DNA of 55,360 nucleotides, from IMG/VR virus record IMGVR_UViG_3300042363_000446; one strand, written 5' to 3'. This document shows, piece by piece, positions 28,222-39,180 of the stretch. The notes below the pieces were generated by a model. It made no database searches and was not told where the DNA came from. It saw nothing but the letters and a program-made list of their open reading frames with translations. Made by a program: the position numbers and the translations under genes. The first letter of the stretch is position 1. Every line of letters begins with the position of its first letter. This DNA is from an uncultured virus (IMG/VR IMGVR_UViG_3300042363_000446). Taxonomy: Duplodnaviria > Heunggongvirae > Uroviricota > Caudoviricetes.

Positions 28222-31200
28222 ATGGCATTAAAACCATTTAATTCAGTAGCCGGGTTTTCAGTAGGCGAAATACCCGCACTTAATATAATATTAGCAAACG
28301 GTGATATCACTGCGTCTAATGCTACTCTTACTGGCAATTTGGTTATATCAAATGCTAACGCTAGTTGGGGCGTACTAACAAATAATCTTTATTACGCCAA
28401 TGGTGTACCGTGGGATTTACAAGAAGCAGCAGGCTCAAATAATCAAATTCAGTTTAACAATAATAACAATTTTAGTGCTAGTGCTAACCTAACATTTGAC
28501 CCAGCTACTAACTTACTTACTGTAGCAGGAAACTTAAACGCTACCGGAGTGACTGCAAGCACATTAACATCAAATGTTGCAGTAGGTACTGCACCAATAA
28601 CAGTTACATCCACAACTAAAGTAACAAACTTAAACGCTGACTTGCTTGATGGTTATGATTCTTCTACAAGTAATACTGCTAATACAGTAGCAGTGCGTAA
28701 CGCTGATGGTAATTTAACTGCAAATTATTTTATAGGTAACGGATCACAGCTAACTGGCATTGATGCTACTAGCATTCAAAATGGAAATAGTAACGTAAAA
28801 GTAGCAGCTAACGGTAATGTTTCTATTAGCGTTACGGGAACTTCTAACGTAGTTATTGTTACTGATACCGGTATGAACGTAGCAGGCTACATAAATTCAA
28901 CCGGCAATGTTACTGTCAACTTAGAATTTCAGGCTAATACTGCAAACTTTGATGGCAATGTTACAATGGATAGTTGGTTATCGGTTGCAAACACAGCCAA
29001 CGTTGGTAATTTACGTACTGATAATCTATTGTATGCAAACGGCGTGCCATGGGACATGCAAGAAGCTGCAGGCAGCAACAATGAAATTCAATTCAATATC
29101 AATGATAATTTTGCAGCAAGTGCAAATCTAACTTATAATGATACTACACAACAGTTTACTGTTTTGGGTAATAGTCAGTTTAATAATGCAAATTTAGGCA
29201 ACATAGCAACTGCTAATTTTGCTAACATTGCAAGTAATGTAACTACAAGTAATGCAACAGTTAACTTAGAACTTGCAGGTAATACAGCAAACTTTACAGG
29301 TAACATAGCTGCTTTAAACACAAATGCAGGCAATTTATTAACTGCAAACTTTGCAAACTTTGCAAGTAATGTAACTACAAGTAATATAACGGTTAACTTA
29401 GAACTTGCTGGTAATACAGCAAACTTCAGTGGTAATGTTATTGCCGCAAACTTTACGGGTGCTTTAGCTAACGGCAATAGTAACGTAAAAGTATACAGCA
29501 ACTCAAACGTAGAAATCAGTACAAACGGTGTCGCAAACGTTGCAACATTCTCTGGTAATACATTATTAGTTGTAGGTAATATACAATCAACATCAGGCAA
29601 CATGCTTGCTAATGGTAACATAAGCGCAAATGGTTTCTTGAATGGCGGAAATGCAAATGTAACCGGTGAAGCAAAACTAGGTAGTGTATTGACATCAAAT
29701 ATCACTTCAAACGGTAGTTTGACAATCACTGCATCTGGCACAAATGAAAATATCATTCTTGTACCTGCGGGCACTGGTACAATCAATGTTAGTTTAAAGA
29801 ACATCACACAAGTTGCTGCTCCAGTCAATCCAAATGACGCAGCAACTAAAGAATATGTTGATAGCACAGCACAAGGTTTAACAATACACACAGCAGTTCG
29901 TACAACAAGCGTAACTAACCTGAACGCTACTTACGCAAACGGTGGCAGCGTATTGACTACAATCGCAATTACCGGCGGCACAACAATACAGTTTAGTGCT
30001 GCTCACGGTTTGAGTGTAGATGACGAACTTGCATGGGATAACAGTTTCAATGGTATAATCAACAACGATTCATACTTTGTATTCAGCATACCAGCACCCG
30101 ACACTATCACAGTGAAAGCAGGATATTTCGGTGCTGAAGTCACAACATTGACTAACGGCACTGGCTTATCACAAACTGCAAGAGCAAACACTGGTGTTGG
30201 TGCAACATTAACAAACGCTGGCGCGAATGCGGCAATCAGTATTGATAGCATCGCACTAGCATCAACAAATAGAGTTCTTGTTCAAGGCCAAACAAACCAG
30301 TCTGAAAACGGCGTCTATACTGTAACAACTGTGGGCGATGGTTCAACAGCGTGGGTACTAACAAGAGCAACAGCCGAAGATACATATAGCCCAGTAGACA
30401 CATCGGCACTAGGTTATGGAGACTACTTCTTTGTTCAACAAGGTACTAGTTATGCCGGTAGTTCTTATGTACTAACTACACCGGTTAGTGAGATACTATT
30501 TGGTTACACAAATATATTATTCAGTCAGTTTAGCGCAGCAGGTAGTTTCACTGCGGGTAACGGTATTGCTATTACTGGTACAATTATCAGTGCAAACGTT
30601 GACGGAGTAACAACAGACATTGTTGGCGGCAATATTGTTGTTAAATCAAGTGCAAACTTGACTACACCAAATTTGGGCGATGCAACATTTAGCAGTTTGT
30701 CATGGAATAATCAAAGCAACGGTAATGTCACAGCTAATAACTTGAGTATTGGTAACATTGCAAATATTACTCTTGATTTAACAGTAGGCGGTAATGTTCA
30801 GGTCAGTGGTAACATTGACAGTAATGCTAACATCTATAGCAATAATTCAGATGTAAGTAACTTCTTGACTGTCGGCGGAAACACAACGTCAAACAACATT
30901 ACATCCAACAATTGGTTGAACACAGCAAATGCAAATGTAAGTGCTAACCTCATTACAAGTAATGCAACAGTTAACTTAGAACTTGCAGGTAATACAGCAA
31001 ACTTTACAGGTAACATAGCTGCTTTAAACACAAATGCAGGCAATTTATTAACTGCAAACTTTGCAAACTTTGCAAGTAATGTTGTAACAAGTAACTTAAC
31101 TGTTAACTTAGCTTTATCTGGTAATACAGCTAATTTTACTGGAAATATTATAGTCGCTAACGCGAACTTAGGTAACTTAGCAACTGCGAACTTCTTTACC

Positions 31201-31737
31201 GGTGTATTGATAAATGGCACAAGTAATGTAACGGTTGATAATAACAGTAATGTTAATTTAACCGCTAATGGTAACACTACACTTGTAGTAACTAGCACCG
31301 GTGCTAATATTACTGGATATGCAAACATCACGGGTAGTGTGACTGCAAATAACGTTACTATAACAAATAACTTATCTGCTAGCATTGCTAATATCGCTAC
31401 TAGAATAGATTTAGGTAATACTGATATAGGATGGGATACTGTAACAACAACATCAATATCAGCCAATCAGACTATTTCTACTTACGCAGTTTCAGGAATT
31501 ACTGGAATAGAATTCTTAGTAAAAGGGGTAGATGCTACCGGAGGTAAATATAGTGTAGCTACTGTTCAAGCAGTTTCAAACGGAACAAGTGTTGATTATG
31601 CAACATTTGCTACTGTAAACTTAGGCGGATTAACCGGTGTATTAGCTGTCAACATTGTAGGTAGTAACGTAGCACTTCAAGTTTCACCTAGTAGTGCTAA
31701 TTCAACGATATGGACAACACAATATAGGACTATCTAA
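28222..31737 (+). CDS. Fibre-like virion structural protein 2
   Basis: N/A/T-rich beta repeats, DAATKEYVD motif, NRVLVQGQTNQSENGVYTV...WVLTRA domain common in phage tail fibres. Confidence 0.72.
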   Translation: MALKPFNSVAGFSVGEIPALNIILANGDITASNATLTGNLVISNANASWGVLTNNLYYANGVPWDLQEAAGSNNQIQFNNNNNFSASANLTFDPATNLLTVAGNLNATGVTASTLTSNVAVGTAPITVTSTTKVTNLNADLLDGYDSSTSNTANTVAVRNADGNLTANYFIGNGSQLTGIDATSIQNGNSNVKVAANGNVSISVTGTSNVVIVTDTGMNVAGYINSTGNVTVNLEFQANTANFDGNVTMDSWLSVANTANVGNLRTDNLLYANGVPWDMQEAAGSNNEIQFNINDNFAASANLTYNDTTQQFTVLGNSQFNNANLGNIATANFANIASNVTTSNATVNLELAGNTANFTGNIAALNTNAGNLLTANFANFASNVTTSNITVNLELAGNTANFSGNVIAANFTGALANGNSNVKVYSNSNVEISTNGVANVATFSGNTLLVVGNIQSTSGNMLANGNISANGFLNGGNANVTGEAKLGSVLTSNITSNGSLTITASGTNENIILVPAGTGTINVSLKNITQVAAPVNPNDAATKEYVDSTAQGLTIHTAVRTTSVTNLNATYANGGSVLTTIAITGGTTIQFSAAHGLSVDDELAWDNSFNGIINNDSYFVFSIPAPDTITVKAGYFGAEVTTLTNGTGLSQTARANTGVGATLTNAGANAAISIDSIALASTNRVLVQGQTNQSENGVYTVTTVGDGSTAWVLTRATAEDTYSPVDTSALGYGDYFFVQQGTSYAGSSYVLTTPVSEILFGYTNILFSQFSAAGSFTAGNGIAITGTIISANVDGVTTDIVGGNIVVKSSANLTTPNLGDATFSSLSWNNQSNGNVTANNLSIGNIANITLDLTVGGNVQVSGNIDSNANIYSNNSDVSNFLTVGGNTTSNNITSNNWLNTANANVSANLITSNATVNLELAGNTANFTGNIAALNTNAGNLLTANFANFASNVVTSNLTVNLALSGNTANFTGNIIVANANLGNLATANFFTGVLINGTSNVTVDNNSNVNLTANGNTTLVVTSTGANITGYANITGSVTANNVTITNNLSASIANIATRIDLGNTDIGWDTVTTTSISANQTISTYAVSGITGIEFLVKGVDATGGKYSVATVQAVSNGTSVDYATFATVNLGGLTGVLAVNIVGSNVALQVSPSSANSTIWTTQYRTI
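29244..31082. repeat. Identical 129-bp direct repeat (29244-29372 and 30954-31082)
   Basis: Copies compared base by base; offset 1710 bp (in frame). Confidence 0.9.
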
Positions 31738-31804
31738 TGATAGCTTATGTGTTAAAATATGTGATTGCGAAGTACGTATTAAATATGGCTAAGGTATGGA
31801 GTAA

Positions 31805-33802
31805 ATGGCAGAAACAAAATTAAATTCTATACAAGGCTTCTCGGTAGGACCTAATAGCGTAGCTGTAATAGATATAAATTCTAATGTAGCGGCAGCTGCT
31901 ATTACTGCCAATGGGAATGTTACCTTTACTGGATCAAATGTATCTTTAGGTAATGTTTCTAATCTTCATATATTAGGCGGTAATGCTAATCAAGTTTTAT
32001 CTACAAATGGATCAGGTAACTTATCGTGGGTTGATCCAACCGCCGGAGGTGGAAATGCTATTGTTACGATCAGTACTACTCCTCCCGGATCTCCGGTTAA
32101 TGGGCTACTTTGGTGGGATAGCGAGGATGGTAATAGCTACATAAGATATGATGACGGTAATTCAACGCAGTGGGTTTTATTTGCTAGTTTAACTGCTACA
32201 ATAGGCGCTACTGGTATAACAGGTGCTACTGGTATAACAGGTGCTACTGGTGCCTCGGGTGCTACAGGTATTACTGGTGCTACTGGATCAGGCGCAACTG
32301 GTGCTACTGGCTTAACAGGTGAAGTAGGTGCCTCGGGTGCTACAGGCCCAACTGGTGCCACTGGATCAGGCGCAACCGGTGCTACTGGCTTAACAGGTGA
32401 AGTAGGTGCCTCGGGTGCTACAGGCCCAACTGGTGCTACTGGATCAGGCGCAACTGGTGCTACCGGATTAATAGGTGCTACCGGCATTCAAGGAACTCCA
32501 GGAGGTGCTACCGGGGCTACCGGCGTAGGTGCCACTGGTGCTACCGGTGTTCAAGGAGAAACAGGTGCCACTGGAACAGGCGCTACTGGTGCTACTGGCT
32601 TAACAGGTGAAGTAGGTGCCTCGGGTGCTACCGGCGTAGGTGCCACTGGTGCTACCGGTGCTACCGGCATAGGTGCCACTGGTGCTACCGGTGTTCAAGG
32701 AGAAACAGGTGCCACCGGATCAGGCGCTACTGGTGCTACTGGCTTAACAGGTGAAGTAGGTGCCTCGGGTGCTACAGGTATTACTGGTGCTACCGGTGTG
32801 GGTGCCACTGGTGCTACCGGATTAATAGGTGCTACCGGCATTCAAGGAACTCCGGGAGGTGCTACCGGTGCAACTGGACTCAATGGAGTAGACGGAGCTA
32901 CCGGCGCTAGCGGACCTGCAGGTAGCCCCGGCGGGGCTACAGGTGCTACCGGTGCAACTGGACTCAATGGAGTAGACGGAGCTACCGGCGCTACTGGATT
33001 ATCCGGATCCAGGACGTATAATGTAACAAATAGTGGAGCTAGTGCATTTACAATTGATGGTTCAAATAACCCTGCACTGTATTTGTTACGAGGATTTACA
33101 TATGTATTTTCGGTAAATGCAAGCGGTCATCCATTTTGGATAAAAACTACACCAGTTACTGGTACAGGCAATGCTTATTCTAACGGAGTAACAAATAACG
33201 GCACTGCTGTCGGAACTATAACGTTTGCAGTTCCTTATGATGCACCTAGCACTTTATATTATATATGTCAATTTCACTCAGCAATGCAGGGTGTAATTAA
33301 CATTAGTGACGTAGGACCAACCGGAGCAACAGGTGCTACTGGACCGATAGCGGGTAGCAACACTCAAATAGTGTTCAATGATGCCAGCACTGCAAATGGT
33401 AGTGCTAATTTAACTTTCAACAAAACAACTTCAGTATTAACGGTTACAGGCAATATTAGCGTTGCAAATATAACATCTTCTTCTTATTCTATTGCATCAG
33501 TGGGAACAGGAATTTCAGCGGCAGGCACTGTACAATCAAATGCAACCGGGCTTACAACACAATTTAATGTAGTATCAACTGTAGCTTCAAGTGAAGGAGT
33601 TAGATTACCAAACGCTATTGCCGGCATGAGAATAACAATCTTAAATACGAGTGCTAATTCGTTATTAGTTTATCCAGAATCCGGCGGTATAATAAATTCA
33701 CAATCAGCTAATGCTGCGTACTCTCAACCAGCCGGCGCAAGACTAGATTTTATATCTACTACTACTACTCAATGGTATACTTTGAATGCTACATATAGTT
33801 GA
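31805..33802 (+). CDS. Collagen-like fibre protein with cupredoxin-like domain
   Basis: Long interrupted G-A-T collagen tract followed by GHPFWI...[13 protein letters not shown]. Confidence 0.75.
   Translation: MAETKLNSIQGFSVGPNSVAVIDINSNVAAAAITANGNVTFTGSNVSLGNVSNLHILGGNANQVLSTNGSGNLSWVDPTAGGGNAIVTISTTPPGSPVNGLLWWDSEDGNSYIRYDDGNSTQWVLFASLTATIGATGITGATGITGATGASGATGITGATGSGATGATGLTGEVGASGATGPTGATGSGATGATGLTGEVGASGATGPTGATGSGATGATGLIGATGIQGTPGGATGATGVGATGATGVQGETGATGTGATGATGLTGEVGASGATGVGATGATGATGIGATGATGVQGETGATGSGATGATGLTGEVGASGATGITGATGVGATGATGLIGATGIQGTPGGATGATGLNGVDGATGASGPAGSPGGATGATGATGLNGVDGATGATGLSGSRTYNVTNSGASAFTIDGSNNPALYLLRGFTYVFSVNASGHPFWIKTTPVTGTGNAYSNGVTNNGTAVGTITFAVPYDAPSTLYYICQFHSAMQGVINISDVGPTGATGATGPIAGSNTQIVFNDASTANGSANLTFNKTTSVLTVTGNISVANITSSSYSIASVGTGISAAGTVQSNATGLTTQFNVVSTVASSEGVRLPNAIAGMRITILNTSANSLLVYPESGGIINSQSANAAYSQPAGARLDFISTTTTQWYTLNATYS
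32204..33005. repeat. Collagen-coding (Gly-X-Y) repeat tract with larger duplicated blocks
   Basis: ggtgctact-type 9-mers; block ggcttaacaggtgaagtaggtgcctcgggtgct occurs four times. Confidence 0.9.
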
Positions 33803-33832
33803 TAAATATAAAGACAAAGAGAGACTCTTATT

Positions 33833-34171
33833 ATGGCGTTAAATTTTCCAGACAATCCTACAGTAGGGCAACAATATATAGATCCTAACGGAAACACATG
33901 GGAATATACCGGTGTCGTTTGGAACATATTAATTAGTATTGAACCCGGCGCTACCGGACCAACTGGTGCTACTGGACCAACTGGTGCTACTGGATTAACA
34001 GGGGCAACTGGCCCAGCACCTACTTTTGATTTAGATCCTATTACGGCTGCAATCGTTTTTGGTGGTGGAGGATTAGATGAAGCAGGATTAAATCGGTCAT
34101 CTCAGCGAGTTGCTGAATTGGAAGAACAAATAAGGGCATTAGTAGCACAACTAGGAAATACACAATATTAG
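33833..34171 (+). CDS. Short collagen-containing structural protein
   Basis: MALNFPDNPTVGQQY...TWEYTGVVW N-terminus, GATGPT repeats; late promoter at 33801. Confidence 0.65.
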   Translation: MALNFPDNPTVGQQYIDPNGNTWEYTGVVWNILISIEPGATGPTGATGPTGATGLTGATGPAPTFDLDPITAAIVFGGGGLDEAGLNRSSQRVAELEEQIRALVAQLGNTQY

Positions 34172-34209
34172 TGATATAAAATTTTATAAAACTCACTAAC
34201 GAATTAGAG

Positions 34210-34250
34210 ATGTAAGATAAATAAAGATAAATAAATAATAGATATAAGTA
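34210..34250 (+). promoter_or_regulatory. Cluster of tandem late-promoter cores
   Basis: GATAAATAAAGATAAATAAATA followed by TATAAGTA upstream of 34268. Confidence 0.55.
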
Positions 34251-34267
34251 ACATTTGAGAAACAAAT

Positions 34268-34588
34268 ATGCCAACAACATTCACTAATGCAATAGCAAAC
34301 AACGTAGGTACAACCGACGTAGAAGTTTATACTGCACCATCTAAATCAATCGTAATAGGATGTAGTGTTAGCAATTTATTATCTAGTACTGTACCTATTA
34401 CAATAAAAACACGCAGAGCATCAACTGATACTTTTATATACAAAGATAATCGTATAGAAGCAGGTGACCCCTCTGCATTAATGCAAGGCAACAAATTAGT
34501 GTTATTAACCGGTGATAAGTTAGTAGTATCAGCGAAGGTAGCGGCTAGTATTGATGTGATGTTTTCAATTTTACAAGGAGTATCATAA
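34268..34588 (+). CDS. Small beta-rich virion/fibre-associated protein
   Basis: VYTAP...SIVIGCSVSN...KLVLLTGDKLVV pattern common next to phage fibre genes. Confidence 0.6.
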   Translation: MPTTFTNAIANNVGTTDVEVYTAPSKSIVIGCSVSNLLSSTVPITIKTRRASTDTFIYKDNRIEAGDPSALMQGNKLVLLTGDKLVVSAKVAASIDVMFSILQGVS

Positions 34589-34818
34589 TGGGCGGATTTT
34601 ATACCGGTACTGACTTAGCCGATAAAGTATTTTACGGTTTCAGGCTTACACCAGACGACGGAAATTTAGATATAGAAGTGTTGGACGGTGATCTTCCAGT
34701 TTCATTACCAGTACCTTACATAATTGATAAAAATGATTATAAACAATGGATTTGGTCTAAAGATACTATTGAGTTTCTTTGGGGTACTAACGGTCATTTA
34801 CTTATGAGGTTAGTGTAA
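34588..34818 (+). CDS. Hypothetical protein
   Basis: TAATG translational coupling with the upstream gene, SD AGGAG. Confidence 0.6.
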   Translation: MGGFYTGTDLADKVFYGFRLTPDDGNLDIEVLDGDLPVSLPVPYIIDKNDYKQWIWSKDTIEFLWGTNGHLLMRLV

Positions 34819-34819
34819 T

Positions 34820-37800
34820 ATGAGTCAACTAATTGATTTAGGAAAATTACGATTTTATTGGGCCGGTACATATAGCTCTGTAACTCAGTATGAATTAAAT
34901 GACGTAGTGCGCTACGGCGGTAATGTTTATGTTTATATAAATGTTGTAAAAACTAACGGCAACGAGCCTACTGATCCAGCCTACTGGGCTTTAATGGTAG
35001 AAGGTATTAACTTTCTTGGTACTTGGAACAGTGCAACACAATATTACATTGGCGATGCAGTTGCATATGGTTCTACTGTATATGTTGCTCTTGATGACAA
35101 CCTTAACAAACAGCCAGATTTGTTCCCGCTTGTTTGGTCTCAATTCGTTGAAGGCATTCAATTTGAGGGGGAATACAGCAGTGTCACAACTTATCAAGCA
35201 AATGACGTAGTTACTTACGGTCCCTCAACATATATTGCTAAAGGTACTACTAATAATAACTTACCAACAAACGCAACATATTGGGATCCTTTTGTTGAGG
35301 GTATTTCTCCTGAAGGCGTATATAATGGCGCTACAGCTTATGTCCCGGGCAATATTGTAGCATATGGTGCAAATCTTTATGTTGCTATAGCCAACACTAC
35401 TGGTAATATACCAACAAATGCAACTTATTGGACTCTATTTATAGAATCGTTTGATAACAGAGGTGCATGGGCAACCGCAACTCTTTATTATGTAAATGAT
35501 TTAGTACAGTTTGGTGCTAATAGCTATGCATGTGAAATACAAAACACTTCAGGGGTGTTTGCAACTGACTTAGCTGCCGGTAAATGGTCTTTGTTTGTTT
35601 CAGGTTTACGCAATCGCGGCCCCTGGACTACTGCAACATTATATCTTCCTTATGATATTGTTGTATACGGCGGAAATACTTACTCATGCTTAATACAAAA
35701 TAATTCAGGAGTGTTTGCAACTGATTTAGCTGCTGGTAAATGGGAAATATTTAACGGCGGTATTCGCTGGAGAAATGAATGGACTTCTGCTACTCCATAT
35801 TTGACTAATGATATTGTTCGCAATGTAGGATCATCTTATATTGCTACAGAAGATTTTACTTCTGGAGGTAACTTTAATACTGAATTTGTTGCTGGCAAAT
35901 GGGAGTTCTTTGCACAAGGTGCTGATGATGTACTTCCTATCATAGGTGTAGGTGAAGAAGGATATTCTTTAACAGTAAATGCTGATGGTGCCACAATTGA
36001 CTGGATCAATGCTACTGGATCACCTAATGTATTTTATGTTTCTCCGGACGGAAATGATAGTAACCCAGGTACTAGTTTAGCATTACCGTTTGCTAGTATA
36101 CAAGCTGCTGTTGCCGCTGTTACTGTTGGACAAATGTCTACAATCTTTGTCAAGACTGGTACATACCAAGAAGCTGCGCTTCCTATTGTTGTACCTCCTA
36201 ACACTGCTATTGTAGGTGATAATCAACGTACTGTTATTGTTACTCCAGCAGCTGGTTTAGCTGCTGACGGAGTTACACCAAACAATCAATCCATGATGTG
36301 GCAAATGTCTAATGCGTCTATATTAAACTGCATGACATTTACTGGTATGACCGGCTGGGTTGCTGGATCTACACCAGCTGACATTACTACTTCTGTTATT
36401 AAAGGGGTGTTTGTTGGATTTAATCCTGCGTCCCCGGTTACTAGTAAGTCACCTTACATTGTAGAATGCTCTGCAATATCCCCCGGCGGTGTTGGTGGTT
36501 ATGTAGACGGATCTGCTCATGCATCCGGTAACAAGTCAATGCTTTTCCATGCATTTACTATTATTAATGATTTGGGTATAGGATATTATGTTAGAAATCA
36601 AGGTAAAGCTGAAATAGTTTCTTGCTTTACATATTTTTGTTATTTTGGATACGCTACATCGGGCGGCGGAATTATACGAGCACTAAATGGTAATAACTCA
36701 TACGGTGTTTGGGGTGTCGCTGCTCGCGGGTTTGATACTACTGAAGTACCTCTGTTAGGTGCTCTTTATGGTACACAACTTACTGTTACTACTGACCCTA
36801 TCACTACAGGGTTCACGGCGGGATTAACAGCCACTGGAGTAACATCCGGCGCCACTGCAATTATCACTAATAGACAGGCTAACGCCGCTAAACTTTATAT
36901 AAAATATACAGGTGGATCACCTGTATTTGTGCAAGGAGAAGATATTACTGACGGAACAGGGAATACTCTAACTATTGTTAATAACGCTAGCGGTGTTACT
37001 GGTCAAAAAGGTGTATTACTCGTAATGAACGGTCTAAGTGCTGAACCATTACCGGGAGCAAGTATACAATTAACAGGCGATGCGTTTTCATATGTTATTC
37101 AGTCAGTATCCGGTACTTATGTTAATAGCTCAAGCATTATGATTATAGCATTAGCTCAAGAAAAACCAGATGCGTCTCCAGACGGCACAGTAGTAACAAT
37201 ACGCTATAAGTATTCACAGATCCGATTAACAGGACACGACTTTTTAAGCATAGGAACGGGCGGTATAGCTACTACTAACTATCCTAACACTCCACTTCAA
37301 CCGCCTGCCCAAGGTCAAGAGGTTGAAGAAATATTCCCGGGTCGTGTTTATTATGTATCTACAGACCAAGACGGTAACTTTAGAGTAGGTGAATACTTTA
37401 CAGTTGATCAGGGTACGGGTACAGCAACACTAAACGCAAATGCGTTCAATTTATCAGGATTAACATCGTTACAACTTGGTTCTATCGGTGCTCAGTTAGG
37501 GGAAACAATTAATGAGTTTTCTTCTGATGTTACTATGGGCGGCGCCTCCCCAACTAACTTAGCCGTTCCCACTGAGTTTGCGGTTTCAGGTTTCGTGCAA
37601 GCAGAAATAGCAACACAACAAGCATATGTTGATAACCGAGTTCCGCAAGCTATTCCAACGGCAGTAGGTGAAACTGGTAAGTACCTGCTTAGTAATGGTT
37701 CTATTCCTACATGGTCCGCTCTTAGTTTAAATGAGATTGTTGGAGCCAGTTCAACATTTGCAAGAACGGGTACGGCTGCTACATATAGTTATTCTATTTT

Positions 37801-39166
37801 TTCAAACACGATTCTAACTCCTGCGACTTGGTCGCTATCTGGCACAGTTCCTTCTGGTATATCAATAAACTCCTCTACTGGTGTACTGACTATAGGTTCA
37901 TCCGTATCAACCGGGTCATACTCGTATACTATTAATGCAGTTGGTGCTGAGAGTACTGGTACTCTCACTGAAACTATTTCAACAGTTGTCGATCCTGCTT
38001 ATCCAGTGTTTAGTTCAACTGTTTTGCCTTCAGCAGTTACTCCGTCTTCAGCTTTTACATCTACTGCTACACAAGCAACGGCATCATCCGGTACGGTAGT
38101 ACATACGCTCACTGGAGGAACTCTTCCATCATGGGCGTCACTAAGCTCTGCTGGAGTGCTTTCAGGAACTGCCCCGGCAAGTCCTACAGGATTTGCCGGT
38201 CCGTATACCTTTACAGTAACAGCTACTAACGGAATTTATGTTGCTGTTAAGGCCTTTACTTGGACTTATTACTTAGGGTTGATTCAAGGTCAAAACTTAT
38301 ATAACTCTTCTGGTACTTACTCATGGACAGCACCAACATCAGTTACTTCTGTTTCTGTAGTAGCTATAGGTGGCGGCGGAGCCGGCCAAGACAACTGGGC
38401 TAATCCAGCTGGCGGCGGAGCTGGATTAGGATGGAAAAACAATATTACAGTTGTTCCCGGTACTGCGTACACTGTAGTAGTTGGCGGAAGGGGAATTAGT
38501 ACTAGTAGTAGTGGCGCTACACAACTGAAAGGCGGTGACTCTTACTTTATCTCTTTAGCTACTGTTTCAGGATACGGTGGCGGTAACAATTCTGGCTCTG
38601 GTAGTTATGCTACCGGCCCTAATGTTCGAGGTAATACCGGCGGTGGTTATGTAGGTGACGGAGGCGGACCAGGTGGACAGGCTAACAGTTCCTGGTCAGG
38701 TGGCGGCGGCGCCGGGGGATATTCTGGAAGAGGCGGTGATGTTAATGAGACTTGGAATTACCCTACAGTTCGCGGCGCTTATGGCGGATCCTCTTATAGT
38801 TCTACTTACGGTACTGGCTCAGGCGGAGGAACAGGCGTTCTAGGCGAAACCAGTTATCCTAGTTCAGGTAATGCATTCTACAATCCGTTTACTGGCTACA
38901 CCAACGTAAGTAGTTACGGAAGCGGCGGCACGGGCTTTAGTGGTGGCGGTAACGGAATGTATGGTGAAAATCCATTCAGCGGCTCGGGACAAAGTTCAGA
39001 CAACATTCAAGGCGGAGATTACGGTGGTGGCGGTGGCGGTCCGGGCACTAGTTGGCCATCTTCATCTGGAAATGGCGGACTAGGCGCAGTACGTATTATA
39101 TGGGGATCCGGCCGAGCATTCCCTAGTACAAATACCGCAGACGTTACACCTAGCGGCCCGGCTTAA
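34820..39166 (+). CDS. Large multidomain tail fibre/receptor-binding protein
   Basis: N-terminal W/Y-rich repeats (Y..NDVVxYGG..Y, carbohydrate-binding-like), FYVSPDGNDSNPG...TIFVKTGTY beta-helix start, Ig-like LPSWASLSSAGVLSGT repeats, Gly-rich C-terminal domain ending GAVRIIWG. Confidence 0.75.
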   Translation: MSQLIDLGKLRFYWAGTYSSVTQYELNDVVRYGGNVYVYINVVKTNGNEPTDPAYWALMVEGINFLGTWNSATQYYIGDAVAYGSTVYVALDDNLNKQPDLFPLVWSQFVEGIQFEGEYSSVTTYQANDVVTYGPSTYIAKGTTNNNLPTNATYWDPFVEGISPEGVYNGATAYVPGNIVAYGANLYVAIANTTGNIPTNATYWTLFIESFDNRGAWATATLYYVNDLVQFGANSYACEIQNTSGVFATDLAAGKWSLFVSGLRNRGPWTTATLYLPYDIVVYGGNTYSCLIQNNSGVFATDLAAGKWEIFNGGIRWRNEWTSATPYLTNDIVRNVGSSYIATEDFTSGGNFNTEFVAGKWEFFAQGADDVLPIIGVGEEGYSLTVNADGATIDWINATGSPNVFYVSPDGNDSNPGTSLALPFASIQAAVAAVTVGQMSTIFVKTGTYQEAALPIVVPPNTAIVGDNQRTVIVTPAAGLAADGVTPNNQSMMWQMSNASILNCMTFTGMTGWVAGSTPADITTSVIKGVFVGFNPASPVTSKSPYIVECSAISPGGVGGYVDGSAHASGNKSMLFHAFTIINDLGIGYYVRNQGKAEIVSCFTYFCYFGYATSGGGIIRALNGNNSYGVWGVAARGFDTTEVPLLGALYGTQLTVTTDPITTGFTAGLTATGVTSGATAIITNRQANAAKLYIKYTGGSPVFVQGEDITDGTGNTLTIVNNASGVTGQKGVLLVMNGLSAEPLPGASIQLTGDAFSYVIQSVSGTYVNSSSIMIIALAQEKPDASPDGTVVTIRYKYSQIRLTGHDFLSIGTGGIATTNYPNTPLQPPAQGQEVEEIFPGRVYYVSTDQDGNFRVGEYFTVDQGTGTATLNANAFNLSGLTSLQLGSIGAQLGETINEFSSDVTMGGASPTNLAVPTEFAVSGFVQAEIATQQAYVDNRVPQAIPTAVGETGKYLLSNGSIPTWSALSLNEIVGASSTFARTGTAATYSYSIFSNTILTPATWSLSGTVPSGISINSSTGVLTIGSSVSTGSYSYTINAVGAESTGTLTETISTVVDPAYPVFSSTVLPSAVTPSSAFTSTATQATASSGTVVHTLTGGTLPSWASLSSAGVLSGTAPASPTGFAGPYTFTVTATNGIYVAVKAFTWTYYLGLIQGQNLYNSSGTYSWTAPTSVTSVSVVAIGGGGAGQDNWANPAGGGAGLGWKNNITVVPGTAYTVVVGGRGISTSSSGATQLKGGDSYFISLATVSGYGGGNNSGSGSYATGPNVRGNTGGGYVGDGGGPGGQANSSWSGGGGAGGYSGRGGDVNETWNYPTVRGAYGGSSYSSTYGTGSGGGTGVLGETSYPSSGNAFYNPFTGYTNVSSYGSGGTGFSGGGNGMYGENPFSGSGQSSDNIQGGDYGGGGGGPGTSWPSSSGNGGLGAVRIIWGSGRAFPSTNTADVTPSGPA

Positions 39167-39180
39167 TTTAGGAGAGTTAA

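Noticed and set aside
29244..31082. 129-bp repeat pair as a diversity-generating retroelement TR/VR
   Set aside because: Copies are identical (no adenine-specific mismatches), both lie mid-gene, and no reverse transcriptase is in the window
29175..32487. Long antisense ORFs (29175-29891, 30834-31466, 32137-32487) and similar short ORFs opposite or inside real genes across the window
   Set aside because: Shadows of repetitive or codon-biased genes; no SD, promoter or protein motifs
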